DNA of 56,664 nucleotides from Bdellovibrionia bacterium (GTDB lineage Bacteria > Bdellovibrionota > Bdellovibrionia > Bdellovibrionales > JAGQZY01), in contig JAUHWN010000006.1 of assembly GCA_030424665.1 (NCBI GenBank), forward strand, positions 1-56,664, given 5' to 3'. Shown here piece by piece: positions 38,949 through 48,303 of this stretch (within the stretch, counting starts at the first letter, position 1; each line of letters starts with the position of its first letter). The position numbers and the translations under genes were made by a program. The notes below the pieces were generated by a model. It was not told where the DNA came from. It was given only the letters and a program-made list of their open reading frames with translations, and made no database searches.

Positions 38949-41262
38949 TTGGTTTCATATCCTTGATCGGTTAAAAAACTATGCGACGAGCGAAGTTGGT
39001 CGCGCGGAACTCTCTGAGATTTCTCCATTGAGTTCAGAGGAGTCCGCTTACCGTGGATTTAAGACGGTACAGGAGTGTCAGAGAATTCTTTTACAAGGGG
39101 AACGCCCCTTTATGGAAAGTCTCGACTTGTTTTCGACGTGGATTTCTCGCCTCGAAAAAGGGGCCACATTAAAAACGATCGAACTCAAGGATGTTCGCCA
39201 TTTTTCAATTGAGGTTATTGCCCTGACCGAAGTATTAAGTGTCCACGAAACCGAGTGGGTCTCAATGCAAAAACGACAACTCATGGATGGGACAGGCCCC
39301 TTGTCGGCTATCGATCATATTATGACTCCCGCCGGTGAAATCCGAACAGACGCCAGCGAAACATTATACAATCTCTATCGGGAACGAAATCAACAGAGTA
39401 AATCTGTGCAACAGATTTTAGATAAGCTCGTTAAGAAGCATGAACTGGAAAGCGTACTCCAAGACAAATACGTGACAAATAGAGAAGGACGAATGGTCAT
39501 CCCCATTAAGAGTGGAATGCGCCACCAATTTGAGGGTATTATTCATGCCGCTAGCTCCTCTAAGCAAACCGTATTTATGGAGCCAGAGGAAATCATTCCT
39601 CTCAATAATCGAATTCGACAAATCGATTCAGACATCGAAGCCGAAATTGAAAGGCTTCTCACTGAACTTTCCCAATATCTTGCGAGCCTCTGCAATGACT
39701 TTAACTCCAGTTTTGAGATCCTAAAAACTATGGATATGGAACTCTCTAAAGCTCAGTTATCAAATGCATTAAATGCTGTACCGATTCAATTCGATCAAGC
39801 GACGATCGATCTTAAAGAACTCCGGCACCCAGTCCTGGTCCTATCGAGCGAGAATGTCATTGAAAACAATGTGAAGCTAGAAAAAGAAAAGCGAATTCTC
39901 TTGCTTTCGGGCCCAAACGCTGGAGGAAAAACGGTCCTCCTTAAAGCGGTGGGGCTTGCGGCTCATATGGCAGCCTGCGGTCTCCCCGTTTGCGCGACCG
40001 AAAATTCAAAGCTTCCTTTTTTCAAAGAAATTGTCGTAGCCGTAGGTGATTCCCAAAGTGTTGATGAACATCTCAGTACCTTTGCGGCCCACGTAAAAAT
40101 CCTCAACGAGTCCACTCTCCATAAATCTTCAGACTGCCTCCTCCTAATTGACGAAATCTGTGGTTCAACAGATCCCGAGGAGGGCTCGGCTCTCGCTCGT
40201 GCCTTTATCGAAAATTACGCCGAAAACAATGTCTTCGGAGTAATCACTTCACACTTAGGCCCCCTCAAATTGGGCTGGGACGAAAACTCAGGTGTGATCA
40301 ATGGCTCCATGGAATACTCCGACAAAACGGGACAGCCAACCTACCAATTTATTATGGGCTTAGCCGGACAATCTCTTGCCATTCGAACTGCCGAAAAGGT
40401 GGGGGTTCATCCGGACATTATTAAAAAATCTCTTGAATACCTGACCCCTGAATCAAAAACTCAAGAAGAGGCGAGAAGAGATTTAGATAAGCAAAAAGAA
40501 GAGCTCCGTGAGGTTCGAAAAAATCTTCAAGAGCAAATTCGCGAAAGCCGCGATACTAAGGCGAAATATGAAAAATTGATGCAAGAGTATCGCAAAGAAA
40601 AAAATCAAATGCTCGACCGAGCACTCAAAAGGGCCGAGAAGAAACTCGATGACATAGTCGAAAAAGCCAAAGTTAAAGATATTTTCAGCAAGCACGACGA
40701 AGTGAATCGCATAAAAAAAGAAATGCCCGAAGTTGTTAAGGCAAAGGATGCCGATAAATCAAACAATAAAATTTCTAGTCTTGAGGATTTCGAAAAAGCC
40801 TACCCCCCTGGATCACAGGTTTATATCGCAAACCTGCAAAAAGATGCTGTCATTCAAGGGGGAGCTAATGGAAAAGGGGAAATCCCAGTTCTTTCTAATT
40901 CCATGCGCCTCTTTGTTCATTGGGAGCAACTACGTCCACCTCAAAATGCAGCCAATCCAACACAAAATATTATTCGCCGATCCAGTGCCGGTGTTAATGT
41001 GATGATTAGCGAGAGTTATCGCACGGTGGATGTTCGTGGACAAACCATCGATGATTCGGTGAGCACACTAGAATTACAGATGGATGCGGCCATGGCCAAT
41101 GGTGAAGAACGTGTAAAAATTGTTCACGGACATGGAACTGAAGCCCTTAAAAAGGCTGTTCGCGCCCACCTATCGCGATCCATCTACGTGCGTGGCTGGC
41201 GTGCTGGAACCAAAGACACAGGTGGCGATGGAGTCACTTGGGTTGATCTCGATAAAAGCTAG
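38926..41262 (+). CDS. mutS2: MutS2 family ATPase/endonuclease
   Basis: GPNAGGKT, LSTFAAH, DEICGSTDPEEG, coiled coil and C-terminal Smr domain (IVHGHGT...GGDGVT). Confidence 0.95.
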   Translation: MSDLANIDWFHILDRLKNYATSEVGRAELSEISPLSSEESAYRGFKTVQECQRILLQGERPFMESLDLFSTWISRLEKGATLKTIELKDVRHFSIEVIALTEVLSVHETEWVSMQKRQLMDGTGPLSAIDHIMTPAGEIRTDASETLYNLYRERNQQSKSVQQILDKLVKKHELESVLQDKYVTNREGRMVIPIKSGMRHQFEGIIHAASSSKQTVFMEPEEIIPLNNRIRQIDSDIEAEIERLLTELSQYLASLCNDFNSSFEILKTMDMELSKAQLSNALNAVPIQFDQATIDLKELRHPVLVLSSENVIENNVKLEKEKRILLLSGPNAGGKTVLLKAVGLAAHMAACGLPVCATENSKLPFFKEIVVAVGDSQSVDEHLSTFAAHVKILNESTLHKSSDCLLLIDEICGSTDPEEGSALARAFIENYAENNVFGVITSHLGPLKLGWDENSGVINGSMEYSDKTGQPTYQFIMGLAGQSLAIRTAEKVGVHPDIIKKSLEYLTPESKTQEEARRDLDKQKEELREVRKNLQEQIRESRDTKAKYEKLMQEYRKEKNQMLDRALKRAEKKLDDIVEKAKVKDIFSKHDEVNRIKKEMPEVVKAKDADKSNNKISSLEDFEKAYPPGSQVYIANLQKDAVIQGGANGKGEIPVLSNSMRLFVHWEQLRPPQNAANPTQNIIRRSSAGVNVMISESYRTVDVRGQTIDDSVSTLELQMDAAMANGEERVKIVHGHGTEALKKAVRAHLSRSIYVRGWRAGTKDTGGDGVTWVDLDKS

Positions 41263-41272
41263 CGCGGAACTT

Positions 41273-42088
41273 TTACAATACACCACATTTAAGTTTGTCA
41301 CTGATGGCTTCATTTTCGGGAACAATCAATTTAAAGCCCACACAACTCTTAACATCTTGAACTAATTTTTCGCTATCTATGCTTTCGGTTGCCTGAAAAT
41401 GCCCCCACAACACCGACGATCGAGTGAGGTCGAAAAGAATTTTCCCTTTGTGAAAGACATCATACTTGGCAGTTTTATCTTTTAATCGTGGTATGACCTT
41501 GGCTTCGATACTGATTTCTACACACTCATGATTATTTTTACAGCGATATACTCGCTCCAATTTAAACTTTGATTCGAGCTTAAAGGGAGTCTCTCCCATT
41601 TTCCATGTCGTTGTGTAGTCCCATGTGCTACCCGGCTTTACTTTACCTTCGGGAAAGACCATATAGGGGACCATGTAAAAAGAGTCTTTTGGAAAATTCC
41701 CGGCTGATAGAATATTTCCACGCCAATCATAAACCCTTTCAAAGGCCTCACCGATATCAGGCAAACCAAAAACCTCTAAAGGGACCAAACCATCTTTTTT
41801 TACCGTCGTCTCTAGATATTTGAAGGTCTTCTTTTTTTCATCAAGAGTCTTCGCAACTTGGACAAGCTCAAAATCTACCACTTGGTCCCTCTGATGGCGA
41901 AGAGCCCCATCTTCCATGGTCTTGGTTCTAGATTCGCTCAGGTATCTAAAGTGCTCTTTACGATTGAGCTTCGGCCTAAACTGCAGCGTAACCTCTTTGT
42001 TCAACTCTACTTCAGGCCCCTTTGAAGGTGACTGGCAAGCCACGAAAAAGAGAATTAAAATCAACGGCAATACATTTAATAGTCTCAA
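41273..42088 (-). CDS. Hypothetical beta-rich lipoprotein
   Basis: Lipobox FVAC; FPEGKVKPGSTW motif. Confidence 0.7.
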   Translation of the reverse strand: MRLLNVLPLILILFFVACQSPSKGPEVELNKEVTLQFRPKLNRKEHFRYLSESRTKTMEDGALRHQRDQVVDFELVQVAKTLDEKKKTFKYLETTVKKDGLVPLEVFGLPDIGEAFERVYDWRGNILSAGNFPKDSFYMVPYMVFPEGKVKPGSTWDYTTTWKMGETPFKLESKFKLERVYRCKNNHECVEISIEAKVIPRLKDKTAKYDVFHKGKILFDLTRSSVLWGHFQATESIDSEKLVQDVKSCVGFKLIVPENEAISDKLKCGVL

Positions 42089-42233
42089 CGAAAGCTCCCC
42101 TGGGCGGCTGCTTGGGCCTTTGACAGCCTCAAGACAATTTTTGGCGAATTGGATCTGTGCTTTAACTCTGTCTCATAATGATACAATTTTCCAGCTCTAA
42201 ATCACTAAAAACAGGGGTAAAAACTGAAAACAT

Positions 42234-42249
42234 TGGCATTTCACTTGCT
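42234..42249 (+). promoter_or_regulatory. sigma54 promoter
   Basis: TGGCAT-TTCAC-TTGCT, ~30 bp upstream of the 42279 ATG. Confidence 0.75.
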
Positions 42250-42278
42250 CTATTAAAAGACAAAGTAGCGAGGTAGAA

Positions 42279-43007
42279 ATGAGGCGAGGAAAAGCTTTGT
42301 TGAAAATTCTAGTATTATTAGTTGCGGGACTCCAACTGAGTTCCTGCGGTGTTCAATCTACGGGCCGAAATAGAACCTTAAATACGGTCGATCTTGGCTC
42401 ACAGTCAATTGCGGCTGAATGCAATACCTTTTCGGCAACGGGCTTACAAATGCTCGGACGAATAAAAACCTATACCGATAATAATGGCAATAATGCTGAG
42501 GACGTTCATCAGCTTGTCTTTTCAGATGTTCCCAACAGTTTTCTTGAAAGCTCTTCCCAAGCGATCCGTTTTTTTCGCTGGAAGGCCGTGGGTACAGCAA
42601 CAGAATTAGATCCTGAAGCCCTCGATTTTAGAATTGAAGTTGATAATGGCTTTGGTACTTACATCCCAGTCACGGGCTACACTGATTACTTTACTAAAGA
42701 TGACCTTATTAAGATCAACTCGGATTACGCTCTTGGTGAAACGGATTATATTGCCGTATTGAGACGACTTCGATTTGCGATCTTTGGTACCGATTTTTCT
42801 TATCAAGCACTGCAAGCAGTTCTTTACAATGAAGGTAGCATTGTAGGAAAGGCCGACATGCTACTTCCCCTCTTTGATGCCGATCCTGTGAGCTATGGAC
42901 TCACTCATGCAAATGTGCTGACTCAGCTTCATCCGCTCTATGGCCGCACCGATTTGTCGCAAGAACAGATATTGGCTGCTGCCCAAGCTCTTTGCTCCGG
43001 ATTTTAA
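42279..43007 (+). CDS. Hypothetical lipoprotein
   Basis: Lipobox LSSC, GAGGT RBS, two further cysteines near the termini. Confidence 0.75.
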   Translation: MRRGKALLKILVLLVAGLQLSSCGVQSTGRNRTLNTVDLGSQSIAAECNTFSATGLQMLGRIKTYTDNNGNNAEDVHQLVFSDVPNSFLESSSQAIRFFRWKAVGTATELDPEALDFRIEVDNGFGTYIPVTGYTDYFTKDDLIKINSDYALGETDYIAVLRRLRFAIFGTDFSYQALQAVLYNEGSIVGKADMLLPLFDADPVSYGLTHANVLTQLHPLYGRTDLSQEQILAAAQALCSGF

Positions 43008-43049
43008 AAGAATTGAGCAACAAAAAATAACTTTCAATACAATAACTAA

Positions 43050-43910
43050 TTAGTGGGAGGATTCTTTAATAACTTCTTCCGCTTGCAAATTCTCACCATG
43101 CCGATAGCGATCGACAAGACCTGGATCTTTGGTCGGAAAAGAAAACAACAAGACCTGACTATTAGGACTCTCTTCGACAGTAACAACGATGTACCATACA
43201 TCACCAGGGTGATCTTCGAGGTCATTGTACTCACGTATGAAATTCACTAAGACTTGCCCCGAATAATCGGCACTTCGCCAAATTTCATCCGCTTCATGAA
43301 TGGCTTCTTCGCGAAGACTCGAAAACTCATTAAACTTATTTTCAGGAATATCGTCAGTGCCACGAAGTTTTAGCATGGCTTTATACAGCCCTACTGCTAA
43401 ATCATCGCCCTCACCGAGCGCATCCCCTTCGATCGCTCCGTACTCGACTTCTTTGATAATTCGATCATAAACTAAATCACCGCGACGATAGCGGTCGGCC
43501 ACTCGGTCAAGACGCGTTGGAAAATGTAAATAAATAAAAGTCGGCATATTTTCTGCCGTATAAGTAACAGCTACATAAAAAAGAGGCTGGTCATTAATTT
43601 CAAAGTACTTCAAATAGTGATAGATAGTCTTTCCGGGGATGCTTTTTTTGTCTTCCCAGATCTCGTCAGGCTGCTCAAGAGTGTCATCTAGGCAGGGAAC
43701 AAAAAGCTCTGAATCCTCATCACTGAAGTCGTCTTCTGGTCGCATTTTAATAAATTCAGACTCAAAAACCTCTACTTCCTTTTCGAAATATTGGTAGAGT
43801 TCTTCTTCATTTGCGAAAACAAGACCACTGGCTTCATCTATCACTATTGATCTCCCCGGTTCAGAGTCTGTTAAAGGTTTAAGAAGTTTCTTATTTTTTG
43901 GATCTTTCAA
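43050..43910 (-). CDS. Acidic protein with two PBECR2-like (barnase/RelE-fold) repeats
   Basis: Internal duplication: TLEQPDEIW...FYVAV...HFPT...DRYRRG and AIHEADEIW...WYIVV...SFPT...DRYRHG. Confidence 0.6.
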   Translation of the reverse strand: MKDPKNKKLLKPLTDSEPGRSIVIDEASGLVFANEEELYQYFEKEVEVFESEFIKMRPEDDFSDEDSELFVPCLDDTLEQPDEIWEDKKSIPGKTIYHYLKYFEINDQPLFYVAVTYTAENMPTFIYLHFPTRLDRVADRYRRGDLVYDRIIKEVEYGAIEGDALGEGDDLAVGLYKAMLKLRGTDDIPENKFNEFSSLREEAIHEADEIWRSADYSGQVLVNFIREYNDLEDHPGDVWYIVVTVEESPNSQVLLFSFPTKDPGLVDRYRHGENLQAEEVIKESSH

Positions 43911-44217
43911 TAGACCTCACTTTTACTGTGGTACAAACTAGCAAAACTGACAAGTCCCGCTTAGGGACATTATTTCAGAGGGTATAGTTTCTTGACCTCA
44001 CCTTAAAAAAGCTTATATAAAAGGATAATTTTATTGACCAAATATGTCAAATTTTGATCTTTTCCCTTGCCACGATCTTTTTTCAATAAAAAACTGCTAA
44101 TAAGAGGGTGTACTTTAAAGGTCTCGGTCACTGAATAGAAAAGAAATTATAGAGTCGTACCCTAGGCCAACGAGCTCACTCCTTTTAGAGTTTTAAACTC
44201 GACAACGATTAAAGCCT

Positions 44218-44335
44218 TTGATCCTATTTATTGATCTTATCATTTGAGAGTTTCATTTGATCTGGTCACTTGATTTCGATCAATAGACCTTATCTATAGA
44301 CTTAATTAATAGATTAAACCTATAGATTTTTTCAG
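44218..44335. repeat. Nine-unit degenerate 13-bp tandem array
   Basis: TTGA at 44218, 44231, 44244, 44257 and 44270; TAGA at 44284, 44297, 44310 and 44323. Confidence 0.8.
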
Positions 44336-44368
44336 GGGCTTTAGGAAGTCATCGCAAGGAGGCGAAGC

Positions 44369-44689
44369 TTGACTCCCATAGAAGATAAAAATCTGGATCA
44401 GATAGAGTACTTGCTACAACTATCGAGCCAAGGCCATCATTTTTTATTCGAAAAACAGGACATCGTCAAAGCATTAAAAAAATCCGTTGATGACGAAAAA
44501 GATTTCTTTGATTTCGATAATAAAAATCGAATTCAGAACCTCTTACTCCGAGTCATTGAGAAAGACTCCTTTTCTGAAAAGCAGTGCTTTCTCGAAACTC
44601 TGCAACCAGAAGACTACGAATTGGTGATTAGAGCCTATTTCCACCTGGTTGATAACACCATTTTGCAAAAATCAAATTTGAAGCACTAA
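44369..44689 (+). CDS. Hypothetical helical protein
   Basis: TTG start after an AAGGAGG RBS; 106 aa. Confidence 0.75.
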   Translation: MTPIEDKNLDQIEYLLQLSSQGHHFLFEKQDIVKALKKSVDDEKDFFDFDNKNRIQNLLLRVIEKDSFSEKQCFLETLQPEDYELVIRAYFHLVDNTILQKSNLKH

Positions 44690-44725
44690 CTCTACTTTCT
44701 GGGGGCTTTTACCGATAAAAGCTCT

Positions 44726-45031
44726 ATGAAAAGAGTGTTCTTTACATTGTTTATTATCTCACTATCGATACAGGCCCAGGCCGAGTATCGGGTTTTCGAG
44801 TTGAGAATCGTTCATGTCGACACAGAAAAACAACGCACAACACTTTCGACTTTAGACCAGTACCAATACCCCACCTACTATCCGGTGAGCCTCAGGGAGC
44901 GGATCGATCTCGTCGACCACTGGCTGTGCCCGGAGAGAACCGATGGAATGGAGCTATGCCCTAAGCCCATGCCCCGTTCGCCCGAAAAAGAACAGAATTC
45001 GATCGATCAGGACCTCATTCCTCAGGGGTAA
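44726..45031 (+). CDS. Small secreted hypothetical protein
   Basis: Signal peptide ending AQA, two cysteines. Confidence 0.7.
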   Translation: MKRVFFTLFIISLSIQAQAEYRVFELRIVHVDTEKQRTTLSTLDQYQYPTYYPVSLRERIDLVDHWLCPERTDGMELCPKPMPRSPEKEQNSIDQDLIPQG

Positions 45032-45131
45032 AAAATACCTCGATCTATAGTCGAATTATCGAAGTCTAGCACCAGACCTCCATTCAGCCCTGTATCAATA
45101 TGATACAATTAAGTTGAGTGAGGAGCCGTTC

Positions 45132-46694
45132 GTGTCTAATAGCATTTCTAGGACCAGAGAAAGTAATAGCATTAAGCTTCAAGAGCTTAATGAAGACTTC
45201 GAGGCCCAGAAGCAAAACCTAAAGCGTCGCAATGAGATGAAGCTCGACCGCCTCAAGCGAGACCATGAGAACAAAGAAGCCGAACTTCGTAGACAGAATG
45301 AAGCAACGATTAACCACATACGAGAAACAACAAAACGTCAGGCATCTCAGGCCAGAAGTTCACAAGATCTACAAATAGAGACCGATCAAAGAGCTTTTGA
45401 AAAGCGCTATCAGGATCTAAAGAAGAAACAACGAGAAAAACTCGCCCGTCTCGAAAGTAAAATAAACCGCGAAGAAAATTTAACCGAAAATAAAATTGAT
45501 CGCCTAAGAAATAAGCAAATCGAATTACAAAATGAGGAATCTCGAAAGTCTCGGGAATTCGCAAGATCTCAACAAGATGAGCGAAAGAAGCTTGTTCAGA
45601 AATTTCAAGCTTCAATGGAAAACATCAAAAAAGACCAACAAGAGAAGCTTCGTCAAGCTCGAGGCCAGAGCCGCGAAGAACTTGAGCGACTCCAATACGA
45701 AAGTAAAATTAAATCCGAAGACATTCGGAGAAGCCAAAAAGCTGAACTCGAGCGAGCTAAAAAAACGAATAACTCACAACTTAAAAACATCAAAATTGAA
45801 AACGAAAACAAATCAAATCGCCTGCGAGAAGAGTATAATGAGAGCACGAAGCTCATGACTAATCGTCACCAAAATATTCAACAAAAAGAGCTCATGGATC
45901 ACGAGGCTCGAATTACGAGTATGCGCGATAAGAACGAAAAAGATCTGATGCGGGCCAGAGAAACACAACAAACTCAACAACATAAATTACAAACTGAAAA
46001 CCAAAAAGAATTGCAAAGAATCCAGCGAGAGAAAGAGTTTAAAGCTGAACAACAAGAAATCAAATTTGAAAATCTTGAGCAAAAACAAAAAACCGAACAC
46101 GATCAGAAACTAGAAGAGCAGAAAAAGAATTATGTCGGAGAACGAAACAAGAGGTTTAAAACTCACCAAGGCAACTTAAAGAGAGACGATCGAATCTACC
46201 AAGATAGTCTCGACAGACAAAGAGCTGACTTTGAGACTCAACTTGATCGTGACAAAACCTTGTACTCGGCAAAAATTAACACGCAAAGAAACCTATTTTC
46301 TCGGCAGATTGCAGAAGAACAGCTGGACTTCGTCAAGGAGCTCGACAGTTACACTAGCAAAAAGGGAGACCCTTTTTACAACCTGCCAGAAATCGGGGCA
46401 AGGCTTCGTGAAAATAACAACAGCTACTTAGTTGAGGCTCGAATTCCAGAACATGAAAAAGAAAATATTAAATTAAAGGTACAAAAGGATAAAATCTCAG
46501 TTCTCGGCCAAAGAGAACATAAAGATGAAATACGAGATGACTCTAGCCTACTTAAAACTTCGAGCTTTCAATCATTCCGACAAGAATTCAAACTGGACCA
46601 ACCCGCCGATGAAAAGGTGGCTATAAAAGATTATAAAGATGGAATTCTCAGGGTTCTCGTCCCTAAAATTGGATTTAAGCTAACTGAATCCTAA
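45132..46694 (+). CDS. Long coiled-coil protein with a C-terminal Hsp20/alpha-crystallin domain
   Basis: ~410 aa E/K/Q/R-rich region, then YLVEARIP...ISVLGQRE...SFRQEFKL...YKDGILRVLVPK. GTG start after AGGAG; the alternative start is 45114. Confidence 0.8.
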   Translation: MSNSISRTRESNSIKLQELNEDFEAQKQNLKRRNEMKLDRLKRDHENKEAELRRQNEATINHIRETTKRQASQARSSQDLQIETDQRAFEKRYQDLKKKQREKLARLESKINREENLTENKIDRLRNKQIELQNEESRKSREFARSQQDERKKLVQKFQASMENIKKDQQEKLRQARGQSREELERLQYESKIKSEDIRRSQKAELERAKKTNNSQLKNIKIENENKSNRLREEYNESTKLMTNRHQNIQQKELMDHEARITSMRDKNEKDLMRARETQQTQQHKLQTENQKELQRIQREKEFKAEQQEIKFENLEQKQKTEHDQKLEEQKKNYVGERNKRFKTHQGNLKRDDRIYQDSLDRQRADFETQLDRDKTLYSAKINTQRNLFSRQIAEEQLDFVKELDSYTSKKGDPFYNLPEIGARLRENNNSYLVEARIPEHEKENIKLKVQKDKISVLGQREHKDEIRDDSSLLKTSSFQSFRQEFKLDQPADEKVAIKDYKDGILRVLVPKIGFKLTES

Positions 46695-46696
46695 TT

Positions 46697-46915
46697 TTAC
46701 TTGCGAACAATAAGTGTTTTAACTTCAGACATCATAAAATCAAGGCGCGAAGTGAGGCGCTCGAGTTTATTGATATTGGCTTTGAAATCCTCAAGAACGG
46801 ATGACTGGGGAAGGGAATAGGCCTGAAGACTATTACTCACCTTAGCGATTCTATTGGAATCACGGAGAGTAAGGTTTTCTTCAATATCTTTGGCGATATT
46901 CTTTTCAAGATTCAT
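46697..46915 (-). CDS. Small coiled-coil hypothetical protein
   Basis: 72 aa with AAGGAG RBS. Confidence 0.65.
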   Translation of the reverse strand: MNLEKNIAKDIEENLTLRDSNRIAKVSNSLQAYSLPQSSVLEDFKANINKLERLTSRLDFMMSEVKTLIVRK

Positions 46916-47130
46916 TCAGGTATTCTCCTTCGAGGGCCGTAAATTTCTTTATTCGACTCACTCATGGTAGCTAGAGGCCATTCAGACCAACAACTTAAAT
47001 TAACTTACATTCGTCTAGCGACCTAGCGCATTGTAGCTCTCTGAAATATTTTTAGAAACCTACTACCCTCTTTATTTTCAAACATAGGGCCACTTTAAGT
47101 GAAGTGCTAATCCATTGTTTTTACTAAAGA

Positions 47131-47751
47131 TTAATATTCACAGGACAAAGATGTGAGGTCTATTTCACTGGGCTCTCGACGCAAAGTGGCGCTCGCCAAG
47201 GTCGTGACCATTACACTTCCTTGACCTTGGGTGTGGGCTAGACCTAGAGCGTGGCCGAGTTCGTGTAATATTAAACTCTGAAGATCGACCGAGCCTTTGA
47301 CCGGATTCTCTCCACTAAAAAATTCAAAGTTCTTTGCATTCACTCGAATGTCAGCTTCATAAATTCGATCGCTCGACCAGTAAATTGTGGTTCTCGCTTG
47401 CTCGAAGCTTCGATCTGACTCCCACTCTGAGAGCCAGTAAATGATATTGGCATTATCTTTCTGCGGTAAATCTGTGGCATTAGTCCATCCACCTAGCTTG
47501 AGAAGGTTACGGCCAAAGCGCGCATTCCACTTATCAAGAGCCTGCTCGATATCATTAAAATATTCACCGGGAACTGATCTATGAATATAGAAGATAACAG
47601 GAACGTCGTTTTCCCAAGATACGCGCCTCTTCAAACTGTTTTGCACAAAATTACAGTTCTCTTGGGGCTCTGGCTTCTGGGCGCAGGCTTGAAAGAAAAG
47701 CCCGAGCAAAAGCAATCCAGCAGCAACATATCGTACAGCACTATTATTCAA
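47131..47751 (-). CDS. Matrixin (M10-like) zinc metalloprotease lipoprotein
   Basis: HELGHALGLAH and Met-turn SVM; lipobox FQAC; TTG start after GGAGGT (ORF track start 47790). Confidence 0.9.
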   Translation of the reverse strand: MNNSAVRYVAAGLLLLGLFFQACAQKPEPQENCNFVQNSLKRRVSWENDVPVIFYIHRSVPGEYFNDIEQALDKWNARFGRNLLKLGGWTNATDLPQKDNANIIYWLSEWESDRSFEQARTTIYWSSDRIYEADIRVNAKNFEFFSGENPVKGSVDLQSLILHELGHALGLAHTQGQGSVMVTTLASATLRREPSEIDLTSLSCEY

Positions 47752-48142
47752 AACGACCTCCAACCAGCTATAAGGCAAAGGGAGTACCAAGCTGCTGCCG
47801 AAAACACCCCTCTAAGTATAAGATATTGCTACGAAATTTAAAGAGCCAGGAGGACCAAAGATGGGCACTGTCTAACAGCTTACGGCACGGGCCCGTTTTC
47901 TTAAAAGGACCTCAGAAACCATTAATATTACTTACGATTTTTAATTGGCTAGATATTTTACAAAGCTCCGACCATAAAGGTCGCCGGAAGTGAGAATCAT
48001 GAAAAAATTTGGTGTCATAGTGGAACCATTACTATTTAAAAAACAGGTCGGTTTTGAATACTGGGCTCAGGTCCGCTTTGAGGCCCTTTACAAGGCCATT
48101 TTGACTCTAAAATAGATGGTCCCAGCTTTGCTCTATAGAAGA

Positions 48143-48252
48143 CTAACCGACCGGCTCTTCCACGACCGTGGGTCCGCTAGAGCTACTTTCCTGTCACGTA
48201 ATCATGTCTGTATAGAGGGAGAATTCTCCTCCCTCTCCTATCGCCTTTTTTC
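48143..48252 (+). ncRNA. Candidate sigma54-dependent small RNA
   Basis: GG-N10-GC box at 48117-48132 points into a region with no + strand ORF; nested hairpins, then an 8-bp stem and a T tract. Confidence 0.3.
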
Positions 48253-48303
48253 TGATCTTTAAGATGAAATTTAGAACCCACTAGAAGTCGTTGGCGCAAA
48301 GGA

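Noticed and set aside
44270-44283. Perfect FNR-type box TTGAT-N4-ATCAA
   Set aside because: It is the single 14-bp unit of the 13-bp array and is better explained as part of it; an FNR role is not excluded.
44218-44335. Possible mini-CRISPR
   Set aside because: Units are far too short, repeats are degenerate and no cas genes are present.
43911-44368. Possible replication origin (GATC-rich 13-mers)
   Set aside because: No TTATCCACA-type DnaA boxes were seen by eye and no dnaA, gidA or rep gene is nearby; kept only as an unexplained array.
47851-47910. TGGGCACT hairpin resembling a c-di-GMP-II riboswitch
   Set aside because: Other conserved elements (GGAG...AGTAGTGCAAC) are missing, and it lies on the strand opposite the downstream gene.
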